Positions 54,825 through 63,881 of a stretch of DNA of 64,000 nt are shown here, piece by piece; within the stretch, counting starts at the first letter, position 1, and each line of letters opens with the position of its first letter. The DNA lies in sequence record NC_091964.1. One strand, given 5' to 3'. The notes below the pieces were generated by a model. The model saw only the letters and a program-made list of their open reading frames with translations, was not told where the DNA came from and did not search any database. The translations under genes were made by a program, and so were the position numbers.

Positions 54825-54931
54825 AAGATCTAAGTGAAACTATGGCTGAATACTATAGTCAGCCTCAATGGTCTAACGAATGGAGAGGAGGTCAGGCAAA
54901 TGCCGGTACGTTACCGCTTGCCCAAGGTTAG
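54656..54931 (+). CDS. Hypothetical protein, 91 aa
   Basis: AAGGAGGAG RBS. Confidence 0.6.
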   Translation: MFVKWERGLYGIRPVIEFNIMQPDDQLTPAQRVIKKLHFDYNRRAFSFPLAGKITIKDLSETMAEYYSQPQWSNEWRGGQANAGTLPLAQG

Positions 54932-55002
54932 CTTTAAGCCTTCCTTAATGGATCGGCTTTTAAAGCGCCGCTTGACGATGTGCAAGTAAAATAATACATC
55001 CT

Positions 55003-55272
55003 ATGTAGAAGACCGCTTGCGCTTCACTTATCATCCACGCTCGCGGTCGTAATTCTACATTAAAAATCTGGCAACTCACAAGCCGCTTTGGTGCGGAATG
55101 AGAAAGGCGATCTTCTGCGAAATTCGCCTGGTAGGGAATCGACACAATGCTGCTATGGCTAAGCGCTGCACGAGCGCCTGAGGACTAGCGGCTGAAAGTT
55201 CGTAGTACTTACTGTAAACTGAGATCTCTCCCTGCCTGATGGCAGGGTAGAGGTCACACCTTTATTTTTTTT
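55003..55272 (+). ncRNA. Candidate ~265-nt structured non-coding RNA
   Basis: TATG element at 55002-55005, long 5' hairpin, multi-branch domain, terminal hairpin plus T-run; no strong ORF. Confidence 0.6.
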
Positions 55273-55294
55273 TTGTTTAAGCAATTTACGGGTA

Positions 55295-55309
55295 TATATT
55301 ATCATTGTG
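55295..55309 (+). promoter_or_regulatory. Early-type promoter of the array and DNA polymerase unit
   Basis: TATATTATCATTGTG. Confidence 0.6.
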
Positions 55310-55402
55310 TAATATAAGCTCTGTAATCAATTTCTAAGAACTTTTCTTATTAAATGATGAAACGGTATCAGTTGATGTAAAAAACTCGGGAGGAATCGAT
55401 CT

Positions 55403-55870
55403 ATGGATTCTGAGAAGGTAGAGCTGCAAGCTTTTGTATTCGGGATGAGTTCGGTGCTTAAACTCCACCATCGCAAAGGGAAGTTACCAGCATCTCTTCC
55501 TAATATAGTTGCAGCTGCTATTAGTGCCTACTGGGAGAATGGTTCTTACGAAGGATTCTGTAAGATAATGTCGGAAAGGATTATCACCGTAGCAATAAAG
55601 GAAACAAGGATGTTGGCCGAGATCCCAGATCGGCTTTATAGTGAGAAGGATCACGCAGCATTCCTGGAAGCATTATACCAGGAAGTGTATAGCTTCTTTG
55701 AACTTTGCTTCATGGAAGACTATCGGTATCTCGCTCGCTCGTTTTATACAGGTGATTCGATCATGGTAGTGTTCGCACGTAAACCATGCACGGTGACTTA
55801 TATTGAGACGGGTCCATTCACCGGCGTCTATAAGGTCAGCATGGCCAAAATAAAAGAAGATGAGAAATGA
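55403..55870 (+). CDS. Array protein 1
   Basis: GGAGGA RBS; beta-start / helical / beta-end architecture. Confidence 0.75.
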   Translation: MDSEKVELQAFVFGMSSVLKLHHRKGKLPASLPNIVAAAISAYWENGSYEGFCKIMSERIITVAIKETRMLAEIPDRLYSEKDHAAFLEALYQEVYSFFELCFMEDYRYLARSFYTGDSIMVVFARKPCTVTYIETGPFTGVYKVSMAKIKEDEK

Positions 55871-56324
55871 CAAGTTAACGGTAATAATAGATATCAAAAG
55901 ACTCTTTCGCATCTGCGATGAGTTCTTCCCTTTTCTTAGTCAGGATGATTACAATGAAGTCATTCGATATAAGTTAAGCAAGGAGAACTGTTACGATGTC
56001 GAGGGATTCAGTCATCAGCATGTAGGTTCCTTCACTCACATGCTACTCAATCAAATACAAAATGCAGGTGGTTTCTTTATACGACTACCTCCAGGAGTAA
56101 TTAGCATTGGGGAGATCACGACGAATAAGACGACTGCTCGAATCGTCTGCTCCGGAAAGGGAGGAGTGTTTAATTCTGACGGAACCGTCCGCTCTGCGGA
56201 TTCTCCGTTACGACTTGGTGTTCACCGACAAGCTGAAAGACAGCGAGATAGAAGACTTGATTTTATCTTGGGTGACCGCTTACCAGGCACTTCGAACGCC
56301 GTTCGAGTCATTCTGGGAATTTAA
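55860..56324 (+). CDS. Array protein 2
   Basis: VIIDIKRL start; 3' part overlaps the next ORF. Confidence 0.7.
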   Translation: MRNDKLTVIIDIKRLFRICDEFFPFLSQDDYNEVIRYKLSKENCYDVEGFSHQHVGSFTHMLLNQIQNAGGFFIRLPPGVISIGEITTNKTTARIVCSGKGGVFNSDGTVRSADSPLRLGVHRQAERQRDRRLDFILGDRLPGTSNAVRVILGI

Positions 56325-56616
56325 ACTCTCCGAACGTAAGAGCTATATTGACGATCTAGGCGAACATCTACAAGCTTGGTTCTACGATAAGTTCTTGATG
56401 GACTTCACCGAGGATCTGAACGAAGAAGAAAAAGACAAGATCGAAGAGCGATGGTTCAATTGGCTCGACGTGATTGAGTTAGTCCAAACTTCTGATTACT
56501 TCGAACTGCTATACCGTTTCATCGAACAGATAGCGGATGTTGATTACGAAATCGACAAAGTCAAAGTAACCAGACGAAAGGTGATAATTGAGTATGGACA
56601 ACGTAGTAGTAATTGA
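56107..56616 (+). CDS. Array protein 3 (start uncertain)
   Basis: Acidic helical body; ends KVTRRKVIIEY. Confidence 0.7.
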   Translation: MGRSRRIRRLLESSAPEREECLILTEPSALRILRYDLVFTDKLKDSEIEDLILSWVTAYQALRTPFESFWEFKLSERKSYIDDLGEHLQAWFYDKFLMDFTEDLNEEEKDKIEERWFNWLDVIELVQTSDYFELLYRFIEQIADVDYEIDKVKVTRRKVIIEYGQRSSN

Positions 56617-57085
56617 CCTCAGAAGACTTATCCTTAACGCAGACATCTATATCGATCGTCTGTTACGCGAACATCCTAAACTCGCTACACGGATTACTTA
56701 CAGCCGTAGCAAGCGCGGGCCGTTACGCGAATACATCTACAACCGGTTCTGGAACATTCTCAACGAAACGACGAAATATAAGTTCGATGAGTTGGAAGAA
56801 GACCTTTACCTCGGACAGATGTTTAAAGACTGGAACCCGCAAAGTTGGTATCGTGACGAGAACAAAGATCTCATTATCGATGACCAGGGTTCTTTCGATT
56901 TTCTTAGTGGGTGGGTAGAAGAGCTTGATGGTGATCTTAATACGATCATCAGCAAAGAGCGTTTGAATGTCGGTTGGAAGATACTTCAGATCGATATCTC
57001 ATCTACCACACTTACCGTAGAGTTATACGGAGATTGGCGTGCGCAGAAATGGTGCGAGGAGAATAACATCGAATACAAGCTCTAG
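56594..57085 (+). CDS. Array protein 4
   Basis: VVVIDLRRL start; ends TLTVELYGDWR. Confidence 0.75.
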   Translation: MDNVVVIDLRRLILNADIYIDRLLREHPKLATRITYSRSKRGPLREYIYNRFWNILNETTKYKFDELEEDLYLGQMFKDWNPQSWYRDENKDLIIDDQGSFDFLSGWVEELDGDLNTIISKERLNVGWKILQIDISSTTLTVELYGDWRAQKWCEENNIEYKL

Positions 57086-57431
57086 ACCAGCTTTTATAAT
57101 TCCAATATCTGGTCAATTACGGTACTTCATACACGCAGTTGAAAAACTCGACGAAGATGCGGCGTTGGGTGTTAATGAGAAAGACGTTTTCCGTTGCCTC
57201 ATTACCGACGCCCTTGACATGGATGACCCCAGGCTTGCTCGTAAGTATGAACGCTTTGTCGATGAGTATGGGGCATTCGGTATCGATCGAATGGATATAA
57301 TGACCTTGTTCGAAGAGGTCGTTTTTAGATTAGAAGAATTATTCAGAGAGCACGGGGTTCATCCAGGACCCCGTTACTCTTTCAGCTGGCTTCCTAACAG
57401 CAGGAATGTATTCATTTACGAAGAGGACTAA
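57039..57431 (+). CDS. Array protein 5
   Basis: AFIIPIS strand; ends NVFIYEED. Confidence 0.7.
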   Translation: MRRNGARRITSNTSSRPAFIIPISGQLRYFIHAVEKLDEDAALGVNEKDVFRCLITDALDMDDPRLARKYERFVDEYGAFGIDRMDIMTLFEEVVFRLEELFREHGVHPGPRYSFSWLPNSRNVFIYEED

Positions 57432-57433
57432 CT

Positions 57434-57817
57434 ATGTATTTGATAGACGCTCGGCGTAAAAACAAGGAATTAATTCGCCTGGCGAAAGAAGCTAAAGATC
57501 GCTACCGTATTCAGCTGGTTGATTTCTATCGTCTGGCTACGATCACGGCATATGCGATCGAAATAACACCAATAACAAGAAAGTCGCAGCATTACGCAAC
57601 TGATATGTCTACCCTTACTTATGTCACGGATGAAATTATTCGTATATTAGGTGAGGATTACTTGGACAGAGAGTATCGTGGGCTACATGCGTTAATCGGT
57701 GTTGCAGGGACTGCCATGAGAAGTAACCTACCTCCCATCGACGAGGATACTGACTTACGTCGTCTTCGCGTTGCTCCTGACTTACTGAAAGGGTTGATTT
57801 ATGCGAGGGAGAGATGA
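57434..57817 (+). CDS. Array protein 6
   Basis: GAGGA RBS; MYLIDAR start. Confidence 0.75.
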   Translation: MYLIDARRKNKELIRLAKEAKDRYRIQLVDFYRLATITAYAIEITPITRKSQHYATDMSTLTYVTDEIIRILGEDYLDREYRGLHALIGVAGTAMRSNLPPIDEDTDLRRLRVAPDLLKGLIYARER

Positions 57818-58167
57818 TTATAATTCTACCAATGTCGAGGCCGCTCTATAAGTACTTAGACGACTTAGAAACTGGCAGCTTCGGCCAAAGTCTTCTTTCG
57901 ATTGTGCTCACGGGGTTCCTTAACAATATGATGGTAAGGAACTTCGACCTGAAATCTCATCTCTTCGATGTTGATTATATTGATGGGCTGTACGGGTCAG
58001 AGTGCACTGATATAAAACAAGCGATGTCTATGGTTATTGCCAAAATGACTATAGCATACAGAACGTACTTCCCCCACCGGAAGTATACCGATATTTCAAT
58101 ACGACGGGCTACCTACACACGGAGCTCGTTGAGGTTCTCGATCGAGGTGCCTGATGAGCGTCGATAA
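57814..58167 (+). CDS. Array protein 7
   Basis: ATGA coupling; MIIILPMS start. Confidence 0.75.
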   Translation: MIIILPMSRPLYKYLDDLETGSFGQSLLSIVLTGFLNNMMVRNFDLKSHLFDVDYIDGLYGSECTDIKQAMSMVIAKMTIAYRTYFPHRKYTDISIRRATYTRSSLRFSIEVPDERR

Positions 58168-58627
58168 ACACATCTTTATCGTGCCGTTACAGACAATGAC
58201 TCGTAAGTCTTTTGAGACGTACTTAAAAGACCGCTACGACTTTCTGGATTACGACTTCGTTTTAAGGAACGCTTTACAGTTATGGATTGATTACCTCCAG
58301 GACCCTGATGGAGAATGGTATACCAACGTAGAGGAAGAAATTCACCTCGACTATGGTAGCCAGATCTCTAAGATGGCAGGACGGATGGTCTTCCGTGACG
58401 GTAAGAACGACGCAACGCGTGATAGACGCATCGATTACAAGCAAAAACTAGTCGACACGATGGTGGCTGAAATCGGTAAGCATATTACGCATGTTAGCAA
58501 TTATATATCCGACCGGTTAGAGGAAGAAGAGATCGAAGATCTTGTTCTTGGCTCTGAGTACGAAGTTCTCGTTAAGTCGGCGTGGATGTCCGGTCGAAGT
58601 ATAAAGTTTGTAGTCGAGGAAATTTAA
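58154..58627 (+). CDS. Array protein 8
   Basis: GAGGTG RBS; HIFIVPL start; ends SIKFVVEEI. Confidence 0.75.
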   Translation: MSVDKHIFIVPLQTMTRKSFETYLKDRYDFLDYDFVLRNALQLWIDYLQDPDGEWYTNVEEEIHLDYGSQISKMAGRMVFRDGKNDATRDRRIDYKQKLVDTMVAEIGKHITHVSNYISDRLEEEEIEDLVLGSEYEVLVKSAWMSGRSIKFVVEEI

Positions 58628-58628
58628 T

Positions 58629-59009
58629 ATGGGTAGAAGACGCAGCAGTCCCGTCGTCGTCATGCCCGCAAGAGAGTTCATCAACAAAGTTAGCTTCTTG
58701 AATGCTTTTATTCCAGAAGGCGTCTATTTAGATGAGGCTAACTTCATCGGTAATGTCTTTGACAACGTATTCAACGAACTAGACATTCCAATCTCAGAGA
58801 TTGCGAGAACATGCTTCCACATGGTCCCGCACGCTGACCTGGATGATATTGCTTTTGCCAGAAATATCATCGATGAAAACTTTAGTCATTTTGCGGACTT
58901 ATTACGACTAGCGAAGGATAATGCTCGAGCTTATATGCCGAGCTATAATTACGTCGATTTAGTGCGGATAAGTTGGGATACAAAATCTTTATATCTGAAG
59001 GTGCTATGA
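58629..59009 (+). CDS. Array protein 9
   Basis: GAGGA RBS; VVVMPAR start; ends SLYLKVL. Confidence 0.75.
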   Translation: MGRRRSSPVVVMPAREFINKVSFLNAFIPEGVYLDEANFIGNVFDNVFNELDIPISEIARTCFHMVPHADLDDIAFARNIIDENFSHFADLLRLAKDNARAYMPSYNYVDLVRISWDTKSLYLKVL

Positions 59010-59320
59010 ATACGATAATTTGTATGCAAAGCCCAATGATTACCCGACTTGTTAGAATGTTGGATGAGCATCTGAGTGCGCAGGACATTCCGCCTTGCAT
59101 GGACTCGAGAAGTCAGTTCCTGACCAGAGCCTGTAAGATAGATTTTACTACCATTCATCCGGTCCGTAGTCTTTTCGACGATAACCGTGAACTGTTCAAC
59201 GCTTATCTTGATTTCTCTCAGGCGGTGATCGATAGTTGGGATCAACCACCCAGTGTACGTTCCATCGAAGTCATTTCCGTAAATGAAGTTAACGCGAAGC
59301 TCGCGATGGAATTTTATTAA
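59006..59320 (+). CDS. Array protein 10
   Basis: ATGA coupling; TIICMQS start; ends KLAMEFY. Confidence 0.7.
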   Translation: MNTIICMQSPMITRLVRMLDEHLSAQDIPPCMDSRSQFLTRACKIDFTTIHPVRSLFDDNRELFNAYLDFSQAVIDSWDQPPSVRSIEVISVNEVNAKLAMEFY

Positions 59321-59330
59321 AGAGGGCAAG

Positions 59331-59747
59331 ATGGACATTTTAGACAGATTCAACCTTAAAGAAACCGTGACGTTCCAATTATATACAGGGGCGTCAGCGG
59401 TGATACCAGATTCCTTTACGCGCTGCGCCGTCACCAGTAAAGTGGATTACGACGATGTACGTAACTTCGGTTTCGACCCGGACGTATTGCACCAGCTCGT
59501 TTTTCCAACGTTGCCTGCTAATACCTGTCCATCCGACCCCTCCAAATATAACTGGCTCATTGTCAAGACGTTGACCGGTAGCCGCGCATGTATCGGCGAA
59601 GACTGGATTAACCCTGAAACAATCGAAGCAACAACTAACACCGGCTTGACTATCTACTGTTCGGCTTCCCCGCGTAACAGTATTAACCTTGCTCGGCAAA
59701 TACTAACCGCTAACGGCTTTACTGTAGCCAGCATTGAGCCAGACTGA
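59331..59747 (+). CDS. Conserved core protein upstream of the DNA polymerase (phiKZ gp49-like)
   Basis: Synteny; D...LH..VFP.LP....P.DP..Y.W pattern. Confidence 0.6.
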   Translation: MDILDRFNLKETVTFQLYTGASAVIPDSFTRCAVTSKVDYDDVRNFGFDPDVLHQLVFPTLPANTCPSDPSKYNWLIVKTLTGSRACIGEDWINPETIEATTNTGLTIYCSASPRNSINLARQILTANGFTVASIEPD

Positions 59748-59781
59748 ATTACCGTAACTTGAACCGTTTCGTACTGGTTTT

Positions 59782-59823
59782 GAGAGAGGGATTTTCCCTC
59801 TCTTTTTTTTTTGTTTTTTTTTT
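59782..59823 (+). terminator. Intrinsic terminator
   Basis: GAGAGAGGG..CCCTCTC plus long T-runs. Confidence 0.8.
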
Positions 59824-59877
59824 GATTCCTTCTTGTATTGGTATAGAGAGAAATATTTTTTCCATTAGGTGGACTAC

Positions 59878-62079
59878 ATGGCAGCCTTTGTTAATAATCC
59901 ATTTAATCGCAAAGCTTCGGACTATGTCCGTGACATTAACGTCATCGAAGGTGCGATTAACCAGTTCGCGATTATCTTATCACGTACCTATAAACAATCT
60001 TATCAAGAAGCGCGTGATTATGTAGTCGATGAACTGAAGAACGGGAACAAACGTTTCCACGACCCGATCATGCGTTACCTCCAGCAAGATGAGAACGAAG
60101 ATAGACATCCTGCTGAAATGAAGTTCTCGCAGTACATTAGTTCTGCTGTTCGTGATAAGTTGTTAATGGCACCGACCTTTACACAGATCCTGCCACCTGA
60201 CCAGAAAGAATCATTACTTTCTAGCTACATCAAGGTCAACTTATCAAAACGTAATGCGGAGAAGAAGCTTCAGTTAAAAGCATCTAACCACGGCGACAAG
60301 TTCCGTGAAACTCTCCACAAGAACAACCAGAATAACAAAAAGATTCTGAACAACGCCATATCCGGAAACCACCGTTCCATTCACTCGATTCTTTACGATC
60401 GACCAGTGCATCCGATACTGACAAGCTGCTGTCGTATTGCGAACGGTTCTGCGAACTCGAATAACGATAGACTGTTAACAGGTTCGCGTCATTATTACAA
60501 TCCGGATGTCGTGCTAGCCAACATAGCCTCAATTATAGAGCTATCGGATTGGGACCTTGTTAAGAGAGCAGTGGATAAACATAATCTCCATCAACCAACA
60601 GTCGAAGAGACTATGGCGGTGATTAGACGATCAACTGACCTCTATTGGAATACGAGCAACGGATTACGCTACATTATCCAATTCGTAGAGCAGCTCGATG
60701 GGTATGAACGTGCAGCAGTGTGCTATATGGGCGACCTATACCACCTGGCGCAGTTTAATGACAGCGTGGTACGTGATATACTGGATTCTCTTGTAAACAT
60801 CCCTACGGAGCGTGTAGAGAACCATTTCGAATGGCTCAACCATGTCGACGAAGATACACAGGCGCAGATCAAAGTGCGATTCCCTGATATCGTCGGTAAG
60901 GAACACTTCTGGCATGATGATGTTAAAGCTCATCCGGATTACCCGCTTATCGGTTCAATGGCTAAGCAGATCTATTATACGCTGGACCATTACGCCGATG
61001 TAATAAATGCGTTCTTGATGTCTAAGAACGTACCGTTCCTTATTTCCGATTTCCCTTCCGCTGTCCGTCGTGCAGGGGTAGGCTCCGATACCGACTCCGC
61101 AATCTTTACTGTTCAGGATTGGGCAATATGGTACAACGGGAATGATGATGTCACGTACGACAACATTCTCCTATCGGAAGCAATGGCTTTCATTGTATCT
61201 GAAACCACAACGCACAACCTGGCCACCCAGACAGTCAATATGGGTGTAACCGACGAGAAGGAAGTATTCCGTCTCTCGATGAAGAACGAATATCTGTTCC
61301 CTGTCTTTATGCTGACGTCACGTGCCAAACACTACGCAGCGTTGCAGAAGGTACAGGAAGGTATTATCTTCGATAAAGCCAAACTGGAGAAGAAGGGCGT
61401 GGAACTACACGCATCGAACTCACCAGAAGGTATTCGTAAAGACCTTGACAAGATGATTGTCGATGTATTGACAAAACAAGAGAGAGGGGAGAAGATTTCT
61501 TTACACTCGATGTTGGTACATGTTGCCGAATGGGAACATCGAATCTTTAACTCGATTACCGCTGGCGAAACAACGTACCTTAAATCCGCACGTGTAAAAG
61601 AAGAGGATGGGTATACGAAGGAAGCAGAGAAGTCGCGTTACATGAACTTCATGCTTTGGTCTGAAGTGTTTGCTGACACTTATGGCGCATCATTACCGCC
61701 GCCGTATTCAGCACTTGCGTTCAGTATCATTCCTGATACGAAGAACAAGACAAAAAAATGGCTGGATGAATGGCCTAACCAAGAACGAGCAGAAAGACTC
61801 CGTTCGTTCATGGCCAGGGTTAAGAAAGACTACTTGGGTGAGATCCTCTTACCTGAGGAGAACGTCATGTCCTACGGTATCCCATCCGAGATTCTGGATG
61901 TGATCGATGTCCGTAAGATCGTTGCGAAAGCGGTTTCTCCTTTCTACTTGTTCTTAGAGTCATTCGAGTTCTACCTGCAAGATAAAGACCAATGTAAATT
62001 GATCATGGACTTTATCTCACAAGAGGACGTCGACAACTTTAAAGCAAGTAAGGAAGAATCCCCTTCTCAAAAAGATTGA
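59878..62079 (+). CDS. Family B DNA polymerase, polymerase-domain subunit of a split enzyme (phiKZ gp50-like)
   Basis: KKILNNAISG (motif B), GSDTDSAIF (motif C), KHYA and EKKGVEL; no exonuclease or motif A seen. Confidence 0.85.
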   Translation: MAAFVNNPFNRKASDYVRDINVIEGAINQFAIILSRTYKQSYQEARDYVVDELKNGNKRFHDPIMRYLQQDENEDRHPAEMKFSQYISSAVRDKLLMAPTFTQILPPDQKESLLSSYIKVNLSKRNAEKKLQLKASNHGDKFRETLHKNNQNNKKILNNAISGNHRSIHSILYDRPVHPILTSCCRIANGSANSNNDRLLTGSRHYYNPDVVLANIASIIELSDWDLVKRAVDKHNLHQPTVEETMAVIRRSTDLYWNTSNGLRYIIQFVEQLDGYERAAVCYMGDLYHLAQFNDSVVRDILDSLVNIPTERVENHFEWLNHVDEDTQAQIKVRFPDIVGKEHFWHDDVKAHPDYPLIGSMAKQIYYTLDHYADVINAFLMSKNVPFLISDFPSAVRRAGVGSDTDSAIFTVQDWAIWYNGNDDVTYDNILLSEAMAFIVSETTTHNLATQTVNMGVTDEKEVFRLSMKNEYLFPVFMLTSRAKHYAALQKVQEGIIFDKAKLEKKGVELHASNSPEGIRKDLDKMIVDVLTKQERGEKISLHSMLVHVAEWEHRIFNSITAGETTYLKSARVKEEDGYTKEAEKSRYMNFMLWSEVFADTYGASLPPPYSALAFSIIPDTKNKTKKWLDEWPNQERAERLRSFMARVKKDYLGEILLPEENVMSYGIPSEILDVIDVRKIVAKAVSPFYLFLESFEFYLQDKDQCKLIMDFISQEDVDNFKASKEESPSQKD

Positions 62080-63124
62080 CAACGACGCTTTCGTCTACGC
62101 CATTAATGCCACGGAAGGCACCACCGTTTTTGAGTTCGCGATAACGTTTCTGTAGAAAATTACGTGTCGCACCATTATCTTTTGAACCAGCTTGAAAACT
62201 AAGCTGAGCCAAAGTAGCCACCCAGGGAAACGACGCAAGTACGAGAGCGCCTGCGTTCATGCTACTGATTGAAATGTTAGGGAGTTGCATTACGTCCCAG
62301 ACAGATCGGTTATCCATCAGTAACAGTGCTTGCGACAAATCTAAGAGATTACGATCCTTTTTCTGATTGTTCTCTAAGATGTATTCAATATCTTCCTTAA
62401 CCGCCATGTGAACATCTGGCATTGAGAAGTTGTAATTCTTCTTCTGCGGTATAATAGGAAGACCAGTCGCGTAAGAAGTCAGTTGATTGAAGTAAGACAT
62501 GTTCAAGTCAGACTTCATCATGTTGACCAGCGGATACTGGAAAACAAACTGACCAATAGGTGGCATGATCTCTAAGTTACGTTCACACCACTTACGCCAT
62601 TTGTAATATTGCAGCGCTAGCAGTGGAATATCCACGGCGATAACTGCATAACCTTTAACACCTGATGTTTTAGAACCATCTCGTATGTTAAGGGTTAAGT
62701 CATTGAACGGATGGTACAGAATCTTGACGGGCGCAAAGTCCTTCCAGATACCATCTATAGAAACGAAGTCAGTGTACCCGTTACTGACCGAGACAACGAG
62801 TTCTGATATAGAGGAGTCGAAGAAAGAGTTTTTTGCAGATGCACCGACTTTAGCATTGATATCCGTGAACCCAACCGCTCGAGCGATGCGTGATGTTCTG
62901 TTATCTACTTCAGCGTAAAAGATCTTGTCATTCTTCTCGTAGGATAGTCCAATCTGCTGAAGAATCTTAATCAGGATGTGGTCAGCTTCTACGAAGTATG
63001 GCGTGCGACGATAGTTGTACGCTGCACGGGTGAGCGCTTCATCAAAACGCTCGGAGATATAACCATGACGAGGCGATGCTAACATTGCTTGGTTACGCCC
63101 CGTGGTTCTGAATAGCGAATACAT
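62039..63124 (-). CDS. Conserved core protein (phiKZ gp52-like)
   Basis: MYSLF start; convergent with the polymerase as in Chimalliviridae; minus-strand CCTATGTA at 63144-63151. Confidence 0.6.
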   Translation of the reverse strand: MYSLFRTTGRNQAMLASPRHGYISERFDEALTRAAYNYRRTPYFVEADHILIKILQQIGLSYEKNDKIFYAEVDNRTSRIARAVGFTDINAKVGASAKNSFFDSSISELVVSVSNGYTDFVSIDGIWKDFAPVKILYHPFNDLTLNIRDGSKTSGVKGYAVIAVDIPLLALQYYKWRKWCERNLEIMPPIGQFVFQYPLVNMMKSDLNMSYFNQLTSYATGLPIIPQKKNYNFSMPDVHMAVKEDIEYILENNQKKDRNLLDLSQALLLMDNRSVWDVMQLPNISISSMNAGALVLASFPWVATLAQLSFQAGSKDNGATRNFLQKRYRELKNGGAFRGINGVDESVVVNLFEKGILPYLL

Positions 63125-63227
63125 AGTAGCCTCCGGGATGGTTTACATAGGATACCGACAAGGTGCTTAAAGTCAATATAGTTATATATCATCCTAAGGA
63201 TAGAAGTTTATTCCTCAGGAGTTTCAA

Positions 63228-63869
63228 ATGGGAAGAGTTAGCGCTTTAATATCGGGACAGGTTTGCGGAAGATTAACTATTGTTCGTAAACTAGATGAAA
63301 GGATGAACAATCGTCCCCTTTGGGAGTGCCGTTGTCAATGCGGTAAAGTAATAAAGGTATTACAACAGAGCTTAGTATCTGGTAACACCAAATCATGCGG
63401 TTGTTTTAGAAAGGAAGCATTAGCAGAAAGAAGAGGGAGTCATCAATTATCTGAACATCCTCTTTACCATGTCTGGTATAACATGAAGAATCGTTGTAAT
63501 AATCCAAACCATGAACATTACCATCGTTATGGCGGGAGAGGTATTACATACGACCCTAGCTTTGAAACTATAGAAGGTTTCTTAGCTGGTATACCGGAAG
63601 GTTATCGTAAAGGACTTGAGTTAGACCGTATCGACAACGATGGTAATTATGAACCCGGTAACTTAAGATGGGCAACCCGTAGGGAGCAAGTACTCAATAG
63701 CTCAGCTACCACTAAAGTTACCGATCCCTATACTAACGAAACAATGTCGATTACATCAATGGCTAAGAAGTATGGTATTCCTTACTATACTCTTCACCAA
63801 CATGTTACTAATGGACACGATATTTTGGAGGTCCTCGAAACCGTTAAGAAGAAACGCGTTCAAAAATAA
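63228..63869 (+). mobile_element. Free-standing HNH homing endonuclease
   Basis: WECRCQCG...GNTKSCGC, W..MK.RC.N...Y..YGGRGI and LDRIDNDGNYEPGNLRWAT motifs; AT-rich. Confidence 0.88.
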
Positions 63870-63881
63870 ATATTGTCTTAT

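Noticed and set aside
55098-55181. 27-codon ORF MRKAIFCEIRLVGNRHNAAMAKRCTSA inside the ncRNA candidate
   Set aside because: It has a poor RBS and lies buried in helices; not called, although not excluded without Ribo-seq.
55178-55197. CTGAGGA...GAAA resembling a hammerhead core
   Set aside because: The nine intervening bases cannot form stem II, stems I and III are not evident, and AGCGGCT pairs better with 55081-55087.
59759-60025. 88-aa ORF with a Phe-rich stretch
   Set aside because: It is translated poly-T terminator sequence and overlaps the polymerase out of frame.
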